Positions 8,602 to 18,235 of a stretch of 64,000 bases of DNA are shown piece by piece (the first letter of the stretch is position 1; each line of letters opens with the position of its first letter). The notes under the pieces are model-generated. The model saw only the letters and a program-made list of their open reading frames with translations. It was not told where the DNA came from and did no database searches. Source of the stretch: Verrucomicrobiota bacterium (lineage in GTDB: Bacteria > Verrucomicrobiota > Verrucomicrobiia > Opitutales > Cerasicoccaceae); contig JBCBUK010000006.1 in assembly GCA_039818205.1 (NCBI GenBank), positions 96,001 to 160,000 on the forward strand, written 5' to 3'. The translations under genes were made by a program, and so were the position numbers.

Positions 8602-10049
8602 TCTCCGCCGGATTCCGTCTGATCGGAATCCTGGATGTGCTTTCCTTTTTCGTAACGGCGAGTCTCGGTGAGCTCGCCGTTTTCATTGTAGATTTTAAAC
8701 GCTCCGTGGAGCACACCGTCCTCGTATTGGCCAATGCCTCGTGGTTGACCATTTTCGTAATACCAGGTCGCGTCGCCATTTCGTCGGTGATCGCGAAACG
8801 ATATGTCATGGGCAAGTTTATCACCACTGGTCTCGGAGGTTACCCGCCACTGGCCGTCCCCCAGGTACTCGAGAAAGTCTAATCCGAGTTGGTAGCGACC
8901 GACCGGTGGCTCCTGAATGATCATTGGCATTTTTGATCCTTCGTTGAAGTAGTAGATACGGCCGACCTCAGTCCCGTGATCGTAGAACGCCATCAGGTTT
9001 TGCATGCCGACGGCGCCGAAGCTTTTGCCTTCGGTTGATTGCCTGAGTTTGGCGTAGTTTGAGGCCTGGGCTCGGATGTCGATCAACGCGCCTTCGGGGT
9101 CATCGGCATCAACCACGAAACCAAAGTAATCGTAGAAATAGGTGATGGTGTGAGCATCGTCGACTTCGGGTTCCCGGGGATCCTCACGGTGCGGGTAGGG
9201 GTTGTGGTTGTGCTTCGCAACGCTCTCGGCTGAGCTCACGGTGAAATCGGGATCGCCATACTTGGCCCGGATTTCGGCAAAGTTCGGATGTGAGACCAGG
9301 CAAGAGGTCGATTCCACTGTGACGAAATAGCCACCGCGATACCGACTAGTCATTTCGATCGCAAAGAAGAGTTGGTCAATGATGCCTTCGGCTTCGCTGG
9401 GTTTGAAGAAGGTTTGGTCGAGGATGATCTCGCCGCCGCGCGAGCCGAGCTCCTCGACTTGTGCTGCAGCTGGCTGGGGTGTGAGAGCAAGTTGCTCCTC
9501 ATAATTGTCGAAATCCCAATTTTCGTCCTCGGGTAACTGGCCAAAGCCAATACGGCCCCGCAGGCTGTTGTCTTCTGCCTCTCCGCGTTGGCGAAACCAC
9601 ATCACGTATTCCTCGCCTGGAACAAAGTAGCCTTTCTCCAGGCTTTGCAGCGCTCGAACTCGGTCTGGCTCTTGGACCTGGTCGAACTTGTCGTAGAGGC
9701 GAATCACGTTGAGCCAGTTTTTGAAACTGTTCTTTGAGGTGTCCTCAACGGGAGTCAGATACCAATTGCTCCAATTCGTCGCGACGTTGAAATACCAGAT
9801 CAGGTCGAGCTGGTCCGATTCGGGTGGTGCGGTAAAGCGAAAGCCGTCGAACTGCTGGCCATCAACCGCCATAACCGTCTCTCCCAGTGTGATCTCAAAA
9901 TCGACAAGTTTAGACACTTCAACGATGTCGATTTCCTCGAATTTGTCGGTGTTTTCGGGGATCGCTTTCAGGTATGGCGGTATCTCTTCATCAGCCCAGC
10001 TAATGGAACTGAGCAAGAGTACCGAGGCGGTAATGAGTAGCCGGTTCAT
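8598..10049 (-). CDS. Secreted protein with C-terminal MORN-variant (YwqK-like) repeats
   Basis: Signal peptide from MNRLL; C-terminal WYYENGQ...GQYEDGVLHG...YNENGE. Confidence 0.7.
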   Translation of the reverse strand: MNRLLITASVLLLSSISWADEEIPPYLKAIPENTDKFEEIDIVEVSKLVDFEITLGETVMAVDGQQFDGFRFTAPPESDQLDLIWYFNVATNWSNWYLTPVEDTSKNSFKNWLNVIRLYDKFDQVQEPDRVRALQSLEKGYFVPGEEYVMWFRQRGEAEDNSLRGRIGFGQLPEDENWDFDNYEEQLALTPQPAAAQVEELGSRGGEIILDQTFFKPSEAEGIIDQLFFAIEMTSRYRGGYFVTVESTSCLVSHPNFAEIRAKYGDPDFTVSSAESVAKHNHNPYPHREDPREPEVDDAHTITYFYDYFGFVVDADDPEGALIDIRAQASNYAKLRQSTEGKSFGAVGMQNLMAFYDHGTEVGRIYYFNEGSKMPMIIQEPPVGRYQLGLDFLEYLGDGQWRVTSETSGDKLAHDISFRDHRRNGDATWYYENGQPRGIGQYEDGVLHGAFKIYNENGELTETRRYEKGKHIQDSDQTESGGD

Positions 10050-10203
10050 AAGGGTTGGTGCGGGATGGTTGCTCACTATTGACTCGGCCACAACCTCAAT
10101 TGTTCCCGTTCCTAACGAGACGCATCAATGTTAGCGATTCTGATGGATGTTGAAATTGACCTATGTCGTTTGACCCGGTCAAAAAATAGGGCATATTCTT
10201 CGT

Positions 10204-11067
10204 GTGGATGTTATAACCGCAGAAAGCGCCGGCTTTTGCTGGGGAGTAGAACGAGCGATCAATATTGCCCGGAAATACGCCGGTGCCGGTAAACGCTTGG
10301 TCTACACGGATGGCCCATTGATTCACAATCGGCAGATGATGGATGTGCTCGAAGGTGAGGGCATTCGCGAGGTCGGCGACTACCAAAGTAAGGCGAGTAT
10401 CGACGAAGACTGCGCGGATGATGGTATCATGGTCGTTCGGGCGCACGGAATTTCACCTGAGCGCCGGACCTACCTCAAAAATCTTGGTCTTGAGTTTCAC
10501 GATGCGACCTGCCCGGACGTCGGGATTATTGCGGGGAAGATCAAGCTGCATGCGCGCAAGGGATACTCTACGGTTATTTTTGGAGATCCGCGCCACCCCG
10601 AAGTGATTGGCCTCATGGGCTACACTCAGGGACGTGGGTATGTGATCGCCAACGAAGACGATGTCGCGGCCTTGCCGGATCTGGGAGACCAGGTGTGCTT
10701 CGTTTCGCAGTCGACGATGTTTATGGACGAGTTTCGACGCCTGGCCGAAATTTTGCGTGGCCGTTTTCCGGAGACGGAGGTGATCAACACCATCTGCGGT
10801 GCGACTCGTGAACGCCAAACCGACATTCTGTTGCTCAAACAAAAAGGAGCTCAAGCGATTGTCGTTGTCGGTGGCCGTCATTCCGCGAATACCATCAAGC
10901 TTGCCAAACTCGTTGAGCGGCAGGGGCTGCCAGCTTACCATGTGGAAGTACCCGAAGAGTTGGATCTCAATGCACTGGGCCGCTACCAGAAAGTGGGACT
11001 TACGGCCGGGGCATCGACGCCTGAGTTTTTGATCAAAGCGGTCCGCGAAAAGCTGGAAGAAGGCTAA
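10204..11067 (+). CDS. ispH: 4-hydroxy-3-methylbut-2-enyl diphosphate reductase
   Basis: GFCWGV, RAHG, DATCP, HPEV, TICGAT, SANT, TAGASTP. Confidence 0.96.
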   Translation: MDVITAESAGFCWGVERAINIARKYAGAGKRLVYTDGPLIHNRQMMDVLEGEGIREVGDYQSKASIDEDCADDGIMVVRAHGISPERRTYLKNLGLEFHDATCPDVGIIAGKIKLHARKGYSTVIFGDPRHPEVIGLMGYTQGRGYVIANEDDVAALPDLGDQVCFVSQSTMFMDEFRRLAEILRGRFPETEVINTICGATRERQTDILLLKQKGAQAIVVVGGRHSANTIKLAKLVERQGLPAYHVEVPEELDLNALGRYQKVGLTAGASTPEFLIKAVREKLEEG

Positions 11068-11261
11068 GGCTGTTTCGCCTTGGCTTCCTCAAGCTTTCGA
11101 ATCGGAAGGTTGATTTTACTGGGGTTCTATTGGTGGTGCGTATTCGTCTGGACCAATAGGAATTTAGTGATCTTGTGTTCCGATTGCGCTTCGCAGATTC
11201 AAGGATTAAGAGCTAAACAATGCGGCATTGTTAGTCATTCCTCGATGTGGGTTTCGCTCTT

Positions 11262-11858
11262 TCATCCCGCAGTGCGCATCACGTCCTCGCGCATTTGCTC
11301 GAGCTCGGCTTCCTTGGTCATTAGCTCATGCATGCGCTGAATAATGGTTTCCTCACTTTTGCGGACAAATGCTTCACGCTCTTCGAGCAGGTTGGCTTGT
11401 TCGCGATACTGCTCCGGACTTTCGATCCTGATCGGCGGCCGAGAGTTGCCTGGTTCGACCTTGATTATCTTTGGTTCGGTGAGTTCGATCCGACGCTCGC
11501 GCTCTTCCAAGGCATTCGAAAGCGTGTCTTCGATTTCACTCGCTCCGAATGGTTTGCTGATAAGATCGAAGACACCAGCGCGAAGCGCTTCAAGGGCGAT
11601 TTCATTCTGGGGATCTTGGGTTGCAATAACGCCGACTAGCAAAGGATCTTCGCGGCGTAAGGCACTCAGGCATGCGGTGCCCGAACCTTCGGACATGTGA
11701 AGATCGCAAAGCACTACATCGATATCTCCTTCGGCGTAGCGCGTAATTGCGGTGATGGGGTCTTTAGCGTAGTGGAGGTCCCACTCGCTATCGCTGAAAA
11801 GAATTTTGAGCATCTCAAAAAACTGCGGTTGATCGTCAATAACTAGTATCGTGCTCAT
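11262..11858 (-). CDS. Response regulator (REC domain plus coiled-coil tail)
   Basis: ILVIDD, CDLHM, SKPF; charged helical C-terminus. Confidence 0.85.
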   Translation of the reverse strand: MSTILVIDDQPQFFEMLKILFSDSEWDLHYAKDPITAITRYAEGDIDVVLCDLHMSEGSGTACLSALRREDPLLVGVIATQDPQNEIALEALRAGVFDLISKPFGASEIEDTLSNALEERERRIELTEPKIIKVEPGNSRPPIRIESPEQYREQANLLEEREAFVRKSEETIIQRMHELMTKEAELEQMREDVMRTAG

Positions 11859-12122
11859 GGTGGTTTGACATTAGACGAGCCAGATTGAGACCCTTTCCCG
11901 GACCTTGATCCATTCACAAAAATTTTACATTTGAGCGATCACCCCTAAAGCCATCTGATGCGCAGCCAATTGGAGTTGGGCAGTGGGAGTGCGACTTGTC
12001 CCGAGCTCCGCCCGGTGTACATCACGTGATGCGTTGTTCGGCGATCACCTGCCTAGGACATTCGGTCCCGAAGGAAAACCTTGTCACTTGGGCCAAGGTT
12101 TGCAGCTTATTGATCTCTTGCG

Positions 12123-13631
12123 ATGACTGTTTTTCCCTCAGAGAACGAATTCCTGGCTTTGGCGGCTCAGGGCAACTTGGTGCCCGTTCATGCCGACCTG
12201 ACTGCGGACTTCGAAACACCGGTTTCGGTTTACTCGAAACTGCGCGCCAACGCGCCGGCATTTCTCTTTGAATCGATTGTGGGTGGGGAGCATATTTCCC
12301 GCTACAGTTTTGTGGGTTGCCGGCCCCGCCAGATCATCGCCTCTTGGGAAAAGGAAACGACCATCACCCACCAAGACGGGAAATCCGAAACGATCCCGAC
12401 ACCGCACGATCCGCTCACGTTGATCGAGAAGGCGCTTGCGCCTTGGACTCCGGTTTCGGTGCCTGACTTGCCACCCTTCATCGGTGGTGCCGTTGGTTTC
12501 CTGGGCCACGAATGGGTCCACCGCGTTGAGCCCACCGTCCCCCAAGCAGCAGAGAATGTCCTGCATACGCCGCTCATGTGGTTTGCGCTGATGGACACAA
12601 TTGTGGCCTTTGACCACGCGAAGCAAATCATCCGCGTTGTGTCCAATGCTCGGTTGGAAGATGGTGTGGATCCCGTCGAAGCCTACCAAGCCGCCTGCGC
12701 TGAAATTGAGCGTGTGATTGAGCAACTTTCGACCGAGAGCCGCTTAATGCCGATGCCCTTGGTTCCAGTCGATCCGAGCGAGATTCAGGTGCCAGCCGGC
12801 AACTTCACTCGGGAACGGTTTGAAGATGCCGTGGTGCGCACGAAGGAATACATTCGGGCCGGAGACGTCATCCAGGTCGTCGGATCACAGCGATTTGAGG
12901 CGGACTACGATCAGCCGCCGATCGACCTATACCGCGCCCTGCGCTTCGTGAATCCCTCGCCTTACATGTTCTGCCTGGAAACCGGAGACTATTCCGTGGT
13001 CGGCGCCTCGCCAGAGGTCCATGTCCGGAGCACGGCCGGCCGCGTCGAGATTCGCCCGATCGCCGGAACCCGTCCCCGTGGAAAAGACGAGCAGGAAGAC
13101 GCTGAGTTAGAGAAAGATTTGCTTGCGGACGCCAAGGAACGGGCGGAGCACCTCATGTTGGTCGACTTGGCTCGCAACGATATTGGCCGCGTATGCGAAA
13201 CGGGTACCGTTCGCGTTGAGGATTATGCGATCATCGAGCGCTACAGCCACGTGATGCATATCGTATCGCAGGTTGAGGGCGACCTCGCTGCTGACAAGAC
13301 GCCCTTTGATCTCATGCGGGCGACGTTCCCTGCGGGCACGCTTTCCGGTGCGCCCAAGGTGCGTGCCATGCAGATCATCTCGGAGCTCGAAGGACAACAG
13401 CGTGGCATCTATGGCGGCGCACTTGGTTACTTCAGCTATGACGGCAACCTCGATAGTTGCATTGCGATTCGTACCGCTCTGCTCAAGGACGGAAAGATTT
13501 ACATCCAGTCCGGCGCTGGTTTGGTTGCTGACTCCGTCCCGGCCAGCGAGTATGAAGAGACGATCAACAAGGCGAAGGGGATGCTCAAGGCGGTGGCCTT
13601 ATCTCGACATCTTTACCAACCGACCGTTTAG
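12123..13631 (+). CDS. trpE: Anthranilate synthase component I
   Basis: NPSPYM, PIAGTRPRG, EHLMLVDLARND, FPAGTLSGAPK, IAIRT. Confidence 0.96.
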   Translation: MTVFPSENEFLALAAQGNLVPVHADLTADFETPVSVYSKLRANAPAFLFESIVGGEHISRYSFVGCRPRQIIASWEKETTITHQDGKSETIPTPHDPLTLIEKALAPWTPVSVPDLPPFIGGAVGFLGHEWVHRVEPTVPQAAENVLHTPLMWFALMDTIVAFDHAKQIIRVVSNARLEDGVDPVEAYQAACAEIERVIEQLSTESRLMPMPLVPVDPSEIQVPAGNFTRERFEDAVVRTKEYIRAGDVIQVVGSQRFEADYDQPPIDLYRALRFVNPSPYMFCLETGDYSVVGASPEVHVRSTAGRVEIRPIAGTRPRGKDEQEDAELEKDLLADAKERAEHLMLVDLARNDIGRVCETGTVRVEDYAIIERYSHVMHIVSQVEGDLAADKTPFDLMRATFPAGTLSGAPKVRAMQIISELEGQQRGIYGGALGYFSYDGNLDSCIAIRTALLKDGKIYIQSGAGLVADSVPASEYEETINKAKGMLKAVALSRHLYQPTV

Positions 13632-13743
13632 AAGCTCTCCTGAATGCGTCGATCTTCCTGGGGATATTCGCTTATTTTAGCAGGAGATTCGTCTGAATTC
13701 CTTCAATTTAGCGCACAATGGTCGATTTCTTTTGTCAGGTTCC

Positions 13744-13772
13744 TTGCGAATCGTTGACTATTGACTTATAAA
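13744..13772 (+). promoter_or_regulatory. Candidate sigma-70 promoter of sigma factor gene
   Basis: TTGCGA-17nt-TATAAA. Confidence 0.4.
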
Positions 13773-13794
13773 TAGTGGTCGAAAGGCCGCTACC

Positions 13795-14841
13795 ATGATT
13801 ATTATGTCGAAAAGCAAACCACCTGCATCCGACGGAATTGCCGTCCCCCGCGACGGCGAGGGGCCATTTGTGGTTGGGCGCAAAGCCGCAGGTGGGCAGG
13901 AGCCCGAAACCTTCGAAGAGCTCCCGAATTCGGAAAAGTCGCCCCTGCAACTTTATCTGCAGGAGATTGGCAAGACTCCGCTCCTCAAGCCAGCGGAGGA
14001 GGTTTCACTGGCTCGCCGGATTATGAAGGGCGATGAAGCCGCCCGCCAGAAGATGATCCAGAGCAATCTGCGCCTGGTTGTGAAGATTGCTTACGACTAC
14101 TCAAATTTCGGGCTGCCACTCCTCGATTTGATCAGCGAAGGCAATATTGGTTTGATCAAGGCTGTAGAGCGCTTTGATCCAGACAAGGGCGGTAAGTTGT
14201 CCACTTATGCCGCTTGGTGGATCAAGCAGTCGATCAAGCGCGCGTTGGCCAACCAATCCAAGACGATTCGCTTGCCGGTCCACCTCGTGGATAAGATCGC
14301 GAAAATCCGGAAGACTGCGATGCAATTGCAAGAGGAGCTTGAGCGCGAGCCGACCGACGAAGAGATCGGCCTCGTTCTGGAGATGTCGCCGAGTAAAGTC
14401 GCCCATTTGAAATCCGTCAGTGTGCGTCCGAGCAGCTTGGATGCGCCCGTGGGTGATGACGAGTCAACTCAGCTCGGTGAGCTGGTGGGTGACGAGAATG
14501 CGATGACACCCTATCAGACCTTGAGCGGCAAGTCGCTCATGACGGACATCAACGATATGATTGATGCCCTAGATGAGCGCGAAGCGGAGATCGTTCGCCT
14601 GCGGTTCGGACTGAAAGGTGATCGTCCAATGACTTTGGAAGAAGTTGGAGCGGAGTTCGACGTGACTCGTGAGCGTGTTCGCCAGCTTCAAAATATGGCA
14701 TTGCAAAAGATGCGTCGGGCCATGATGGACCGCGAGCGCCAGCGCAATGCCGAAGAGGTCAAAGAGGAAACGATTGCCCGTAAGCGTCAGGAAGTCTTCG
14801 AGGAGTTCTTCAACAACGTTGAAAACAAGCCGGAGACCTAG
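13795..14841 (+). CDS. RNA polymerase sigma-70 factor (RpoD/RpoS type, no region 1.1)
   Basis: SNLRLVVKIA, DLISEGNIGLIKAVERFD, STYAAWWIKQ, TRERVRQ. Confidence 0.93.
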   Translation: MIIMSKSKPPASDGIAVPRDGEGPFVVGRKAAGGQEPETFEELPNSEKSPLQLYLQEIGKTPLLKPAEEVSLARRIMKGDEAARQKMIQSNLRLVVKIAYDYSNFGLPLLDLISEGNIGLIKAVERFDPDKGGKLSTYAAWWIKQSIKRALANQSKTIRLPVHLVDKIAKIRKTAMQLQEELEREPTDEEIGLVLEMSPSKVAHLKSVSVRPSSLDAPVGDDESTQLGELVGDENAMTPYQTLSGKSLMTDINDMIDALDEREAEIVRLRFGLKGDRPMTLEEVGAEFDVTRERVRQLQNMALQKMRRAMMDRERQRNAEEVKEETIARKRQEVFEEFFNNVENKPET

Positions 14842-14859
14842 TTCCTTGGGCTTGATCGG

Positions 14860-15771
14860 CTAACGAGTGAGTTCCTGGTTTTTCTGATCGAAGACCCGCT
14901 TCACGGTTGCCTGGAACTCTTTCGCGGCGCGGGTGACGGGGAAATCGGGTAAGGATGCGAACGCGATCTCGCGGTTTGGTGAGGAATCCCGAATGGCGAT
15001 GGCGCGCAGGCTGTCTTCTGATCGATGATTGTCGAGCGCCATGGCAGGCAGGAGGGAAATGCCAGCGCCAGCGCGGATGAGTTCTTTAAGGGTTTCCACT
15101 TGGGCGCTCATGAAGCGGACACGCGGGCGGAAATCGGACATTTGGCAAAAGCGGACAACTTGTTCCGTCAGGCAGTGGCCGTCTCGCATCAGGATAAAGT
15201 CTTCTTGTCGGAGCTCATCGAGGCGGGGCAAACTGCCGTTTAAAACCTCGCTGCCGTCTTTAGCGACGAGATAGAGGGGCTCCGTGCCAAGCGAATCCAA
15301 GCGCCAGGGTCCTCCTGGAAGCGGCGGGCTAATCAAGGCGAAATCCAGTTCGTTGACCTCCAGGAGGTTGAGCAACTGGTCGGTATTTGCCTCGTGAACA
15401 ATGAGTTCAACATCCGCATGCTGCTCATGGAATTTGAGCAATGCCTCGGGAATCAGGAAGGGGGCAATCGTTGGAATGGCTCCCATGCGGACCGTTCCGC
15501 AAATACCCTCCTGGCGTTCGCGAATTTCTTCGGTGGCAGTTTGGGCCTCGGCGAGGATGCGGTTGGCGCGTTTCAGCAGGAGTTCTCCGGCGGGGGTTAG
15601 GCGGGATTTTCCTCCGGAAAGGCGGAGAATGATCTTTTCTCCAAGTTCTTCTTCAAGTTTCCTAATTTGTTGGGAAAGAGACGGTTGAGCTACTCGGCAC
15701 TGCTCCGCTGCTCGGGTGAAATTACCGGTCCGAGCGACCGCAACGAAGTAGCGCAGCTGATGCATTTCCAT
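14860..15771 (-). CDS. oxyR: OxyR-type LysR regulator
   Basis: LysR HTH; DGHCLTEQVVRFC keeps both redox cysteines at the E. coli C199/C208 spacing; divergent from ahpC. Confidence 0.85.
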   Translation of the reverse strand: MEMHQLRYFVAVARTGNFTRAAEQCRVAQPSLSQQIRKLEEELGEKIILRLSGGKSRLTPAGELLLKRANRILAEAQTATEEIRERQEGICGTVRMGAIPTIAPFLIPEALLKFHEQHADVELIVHEANTDQLLNLLEVNELDFALISPPLPGGPWRLDSLGTEPLYLVAKDGSEVLNGSLPRLDELRQEDFILMRDGHCLTEQVVRFCQMSDFRPRVRFMSAQVETLKELIRAGAGISLLPAMALDNHRSEDSLRAIAIRDSSPNREIAFASLPDFPVTRAAKEFQATVKRVFDQKNQELTR

Positions 15772-15798
15772 GATCGGAAGGCTAGCGAGGATTCTCCC

Positions 15799-15835
15799 AT
15801 AGGCAAATCCTATTGGAAGAATAGGAAATTGATAT
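15799..15835. promoter_or_regulatory. OxyR binding site
   Basis: ATAG-N7-CTAT-N7-ATAG-N7-ATAT, one mismatch from the canonical OxyR consensus. Confidence 0.85.
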
Positions 15836-15939
15836 TTTACGAATAGGACGGTTGCCCGTATAAGTATCGCCGTTTCCAATTTCTGGCGCATTTAAAAGGG
15901 GTGCGTCGCCACTCAGAACAGCTATTAACTAAATAAATC

Positions 15940-16569
15940 ATGGCAGTATTAGTCGGACAAAAGGCTCCAAATTTCAACGCACAGGCTGTGGTCAATGGTC
16001 AGATCGTCGGCGATTTCTCGCTCGATCAATACCTTGGCAACAAATACGTCGTCCTTTACTTCTATCCAAAGGATTTCACTTTCGTTTGCCCAACCGAGAT
16101 CATTGCTTTCCAAGAAGCATTGGCTGAGTTCGAGAGCCGCAACACTGCGGTTATCGGTTGCTCGACCGATACCGAGTTTTCGCACTGGGCATGGGTTAAC
16201 ACGCCACGTAGCCAGGGCGGTATCGAAGGCGTAAAGTATCCATTGGTTGCCGACACCAACAAGACCATCGCGTCAGCTTACGACGTGCTCGCTGGTTCTT
16301 ACGATGTCGACATCGAAGGCAACCTCGTTGCGTCGGGTGAGTTGATTGCTTACCGCGGTCTCTTCCTCATCGACAAGGAAGGTGTTGTTCGCCACCAGAT
16401 CGTGAACGATTTGCCACTTGGTCGTTCGATCAAGGAAGCTATCCGCATGGTGGATGCGCTCCAGCATTTTGAGCAGCATGGTGAAGTTTGCCCAATGAAT
16501 TGGCAGAAGGGCGAGGAAGCCATGACACCGTCTCATGAAGGCGTTGCTTCTTTCCTTGGTAAGGAATAA
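15940..16569 (+). CDS. ahpC: 2-Cys peroxiredoxin
   Basis: FYPKDFTFVCPTE and EVCP motifs. Confidence 0.95.
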   Translation: MAVLVGQKAPNFNAQAVVNGQIVGDFSLDQYLGNKYVVLYFYPKDFTFVCPTEIIAFQEALAEFESRNTAVIGCSTDTEFSHWAWVNTPRSQGGIEGVKYPLVADTNKTIASAYDVLAGSYDVDIEGNLVASGELIAYRGLFLIDKEGVVRHQIVNDLPLGRSIKEAIRMVDALQHFEQHGEVCPMNWQKGEEAMTPSHEGVASFLGKE

Positions 16570-16588
16570 GTTTTAACTGTGACTAAAT

Positions 16589-16619
16589 AGGGGTGCGGTT
16601 TTTCCCGCGCCCCTGTTTG
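16589..16619 (+). terminator. Stem-loop after ahpC
   Basis: AGGGGTGCGG-TTTTTC-CCGCGCCCCT followed by GTTTG. Confidence 0.55.
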
Positions 16620-16695
16620 TCCCTTCGTAGATTAATCCTCTTTAGTCTGCGCTAGCTTGTTGCATTTCGACACGTAACGACCACAATCAACATAT

Positions 16696-17646
16696 ATGGA
16701 AAACGTAATCATTCTTGGAACCGGATGCGCGGGGCTGACCGCTGCCATCTATACTGGGCGCGCAAATCTGCAGCCTCTGGTTCTCGAAGGCACCCAACCA
16801 GGCGGCCAGCTGACCACTACCTCTGAAGTTGAAAATTTTCCGGGTTTCCCTGAAGGCATCGATGGCTTCATGCTCATGGATAACATGCGCAAGCAAGCAA
16901 CTCGCTTTGGCACCCGTTTCGCTAGCGACCGCATTGAAAAGCTCGAAGTCGAAGGTGGCATCAAGCGCCTGATCGCTGAAAGCGGCAAGGTCTATGAGGC
17001 CCGTGCGGTTATCATCGCAACGGGCGCGCGTCCACGCTTACTCGACATCCCAGGTGAGAAGGAGATGTGGGGCGGTAAGGGCGTGACGACTTGTGCAACT
17101 TGCGATGGTGCCTTCTACCGCAACATGGATGTTGTCGTGGTCGGCGGTGGTGACACGGCTTGCGAAGAGGCTTTGTTCCTGACTCGTTTCTGCTCGAAGG
17201 TCACGCTGCTCCATCGTCGTGATGAACTGCGTGCCTCCAAGATTATGGCCGAGCGCACGATTGCCCATGAGAAGATCGATGTTGTCTGGAATACGGTTCC
17301 CGAGGAAGTCATCGCGGGTGACGACGGCTTGATGCGTGCCGTGCGCGTTAAGAATGTTGAGTCTGGCGAAGTCAGTGAGATTGAAGCCAAGGGATTCTTT
17401 ATTGCGATCGGGCACATTCCAAATACGCAGTTTGTCGACGGGCTTTTGAAACTCGACGACGGTGGCTACATTGTCTCCGAGCACGAGAGTGGTGTTCACA
17501 CTGGGATCGACGGCCTCTATGTCGCTGGTGATTGCTCGGACCATGTATACCGTCAAGCGATCACGGCTGCGGGTATGGGTTGCCGCGCTGCGATTGACGC
17601 CGAGCGTTGGCTCGCGGAGCAGCCTGAACTTGCTACCGCCGAGTAG
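16696..17646 (+). CDS. trxB: Thioredoxin-disulfide reductase
   Basis: [34 protein letters not shown]. Confidence 0.96.
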   Translation: MENVIILGTGCAGLTAAIYTGRANLQPLVLEGTQPGGQLTTTSEVENFPGFPEGIDGFMLMDNMRKQATRFGTRFASDRIEKLEVEGGIKRLIAESGKVYEARAVIIATGARPRLLDIPGEKEMWGGKGVTTCATCDGAFYRNMDVVVVGGGDTACEEALFLTRFCSKVTLLHRRDELRASKIMAERTIAHEKIDVVWNTVPEEVIAGDDGLMRAVRVKNVESGEVSEIEAKGFFIAIGHIPNTQFVDGLLKLDDGGYIVSEHESGVHTGIDGLYVAGDCSDHVYRQAITAAGMGCRAAIDAERWLAEQPELATAE

Positions 17647-17669
17647 GCCCTCAGGTATATCAATTTTCC

Positions 17670-17702
17670 AAAAGCACCGGTCATCATGGCCGGTGTTTTT
17701 TA
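17670..17702 (+). terminator. Bidirectional terminator
   Basis: AAAAGCACCGGTCA-TCA-TGGCCGGTGTTTTTT between convergent genes. Confidence 0.75.
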
Positions 17703-17771
17703 GTATATCGAATCGGCTTCAAATGCGCGGCAATCAATAAATTATTAATGGATACGGGATAACTCGCTCGC

Positions 17772-18161
17772 TCAGAACGGCTGGCCAGTCTCCAGATAAT
17801 AGATCATGCGCCAAATTCGATCGACGTGCCCACGCTCGATGACCTGTAGGGGGGTTGAGCCCTCGAAGGCATCGTTGGGATCTTTGAGCCATGTGCCGAC
17901 GTAATTGGGCTCCATGTGTTCGCTGAGCGCCGCAAACAAACGAATCAACTCGCGGACCTGCTTCATGGCGGCATTGCTGGTCACGCCATCTTTTTTCCAA
18001 GTCGCTACCGTTCGTGGTGAATAACCGGTAAGGCGCGTCAAATCCGGTTGGATAATTGAATAGCGCTCGCAGAGATCGCCAATGCTGACTCGCGGGCTCG
18101 TCGGTGGAACGAGATCGAGCCGCTTAGCGCTCTTCTTGGTTATCACTTTTTTCTTACTCAT
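17772..18161 (-). CDS. Xre/MbcA/ParS-type antitoxin
   Basis: HTH (DLTRLTGYSPRTVATW) plus WLKDPNDAFEGSTPLQVI C-terminal motif. Confidence 0.85.
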   Translation of the reverse strand: MSKKKVITKKSAKRLDLVPPTSPRVSIGDLCERYSIIQPDLTRLTGYSPRTVATWKKDGVTSNAAMKQVRELIRLFAALSEHMEPNYVGTWLKDPNDAFEGSTPLQVIERGHVDRIWRMIYYLETGQPF

Positions 18162-18235
18162 GACGCACCTGCTTGCTGGGTGATAAGCAAACGTAGTGGA
18201 TTTAACGCATGTAAGTCAACATGCAAATTTGCAGG

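Noticed and set aside
8175..8882. 235-aa plus-strand ORF
   Set aside because: Overlaps two better-supported genes and has no recognisable features
11859..12122. Possible trp attenuator upstream of trpE
   Set aside because: No Trp-rich leader peptide found; the hairpin at about 12076-12101 lacks a U-tract
15772..15891. 40-aa N-terminal extension of OxyR
   Set aside because: Covers the OxyR site and promoter; the LysR HTH begins at MEMHQL
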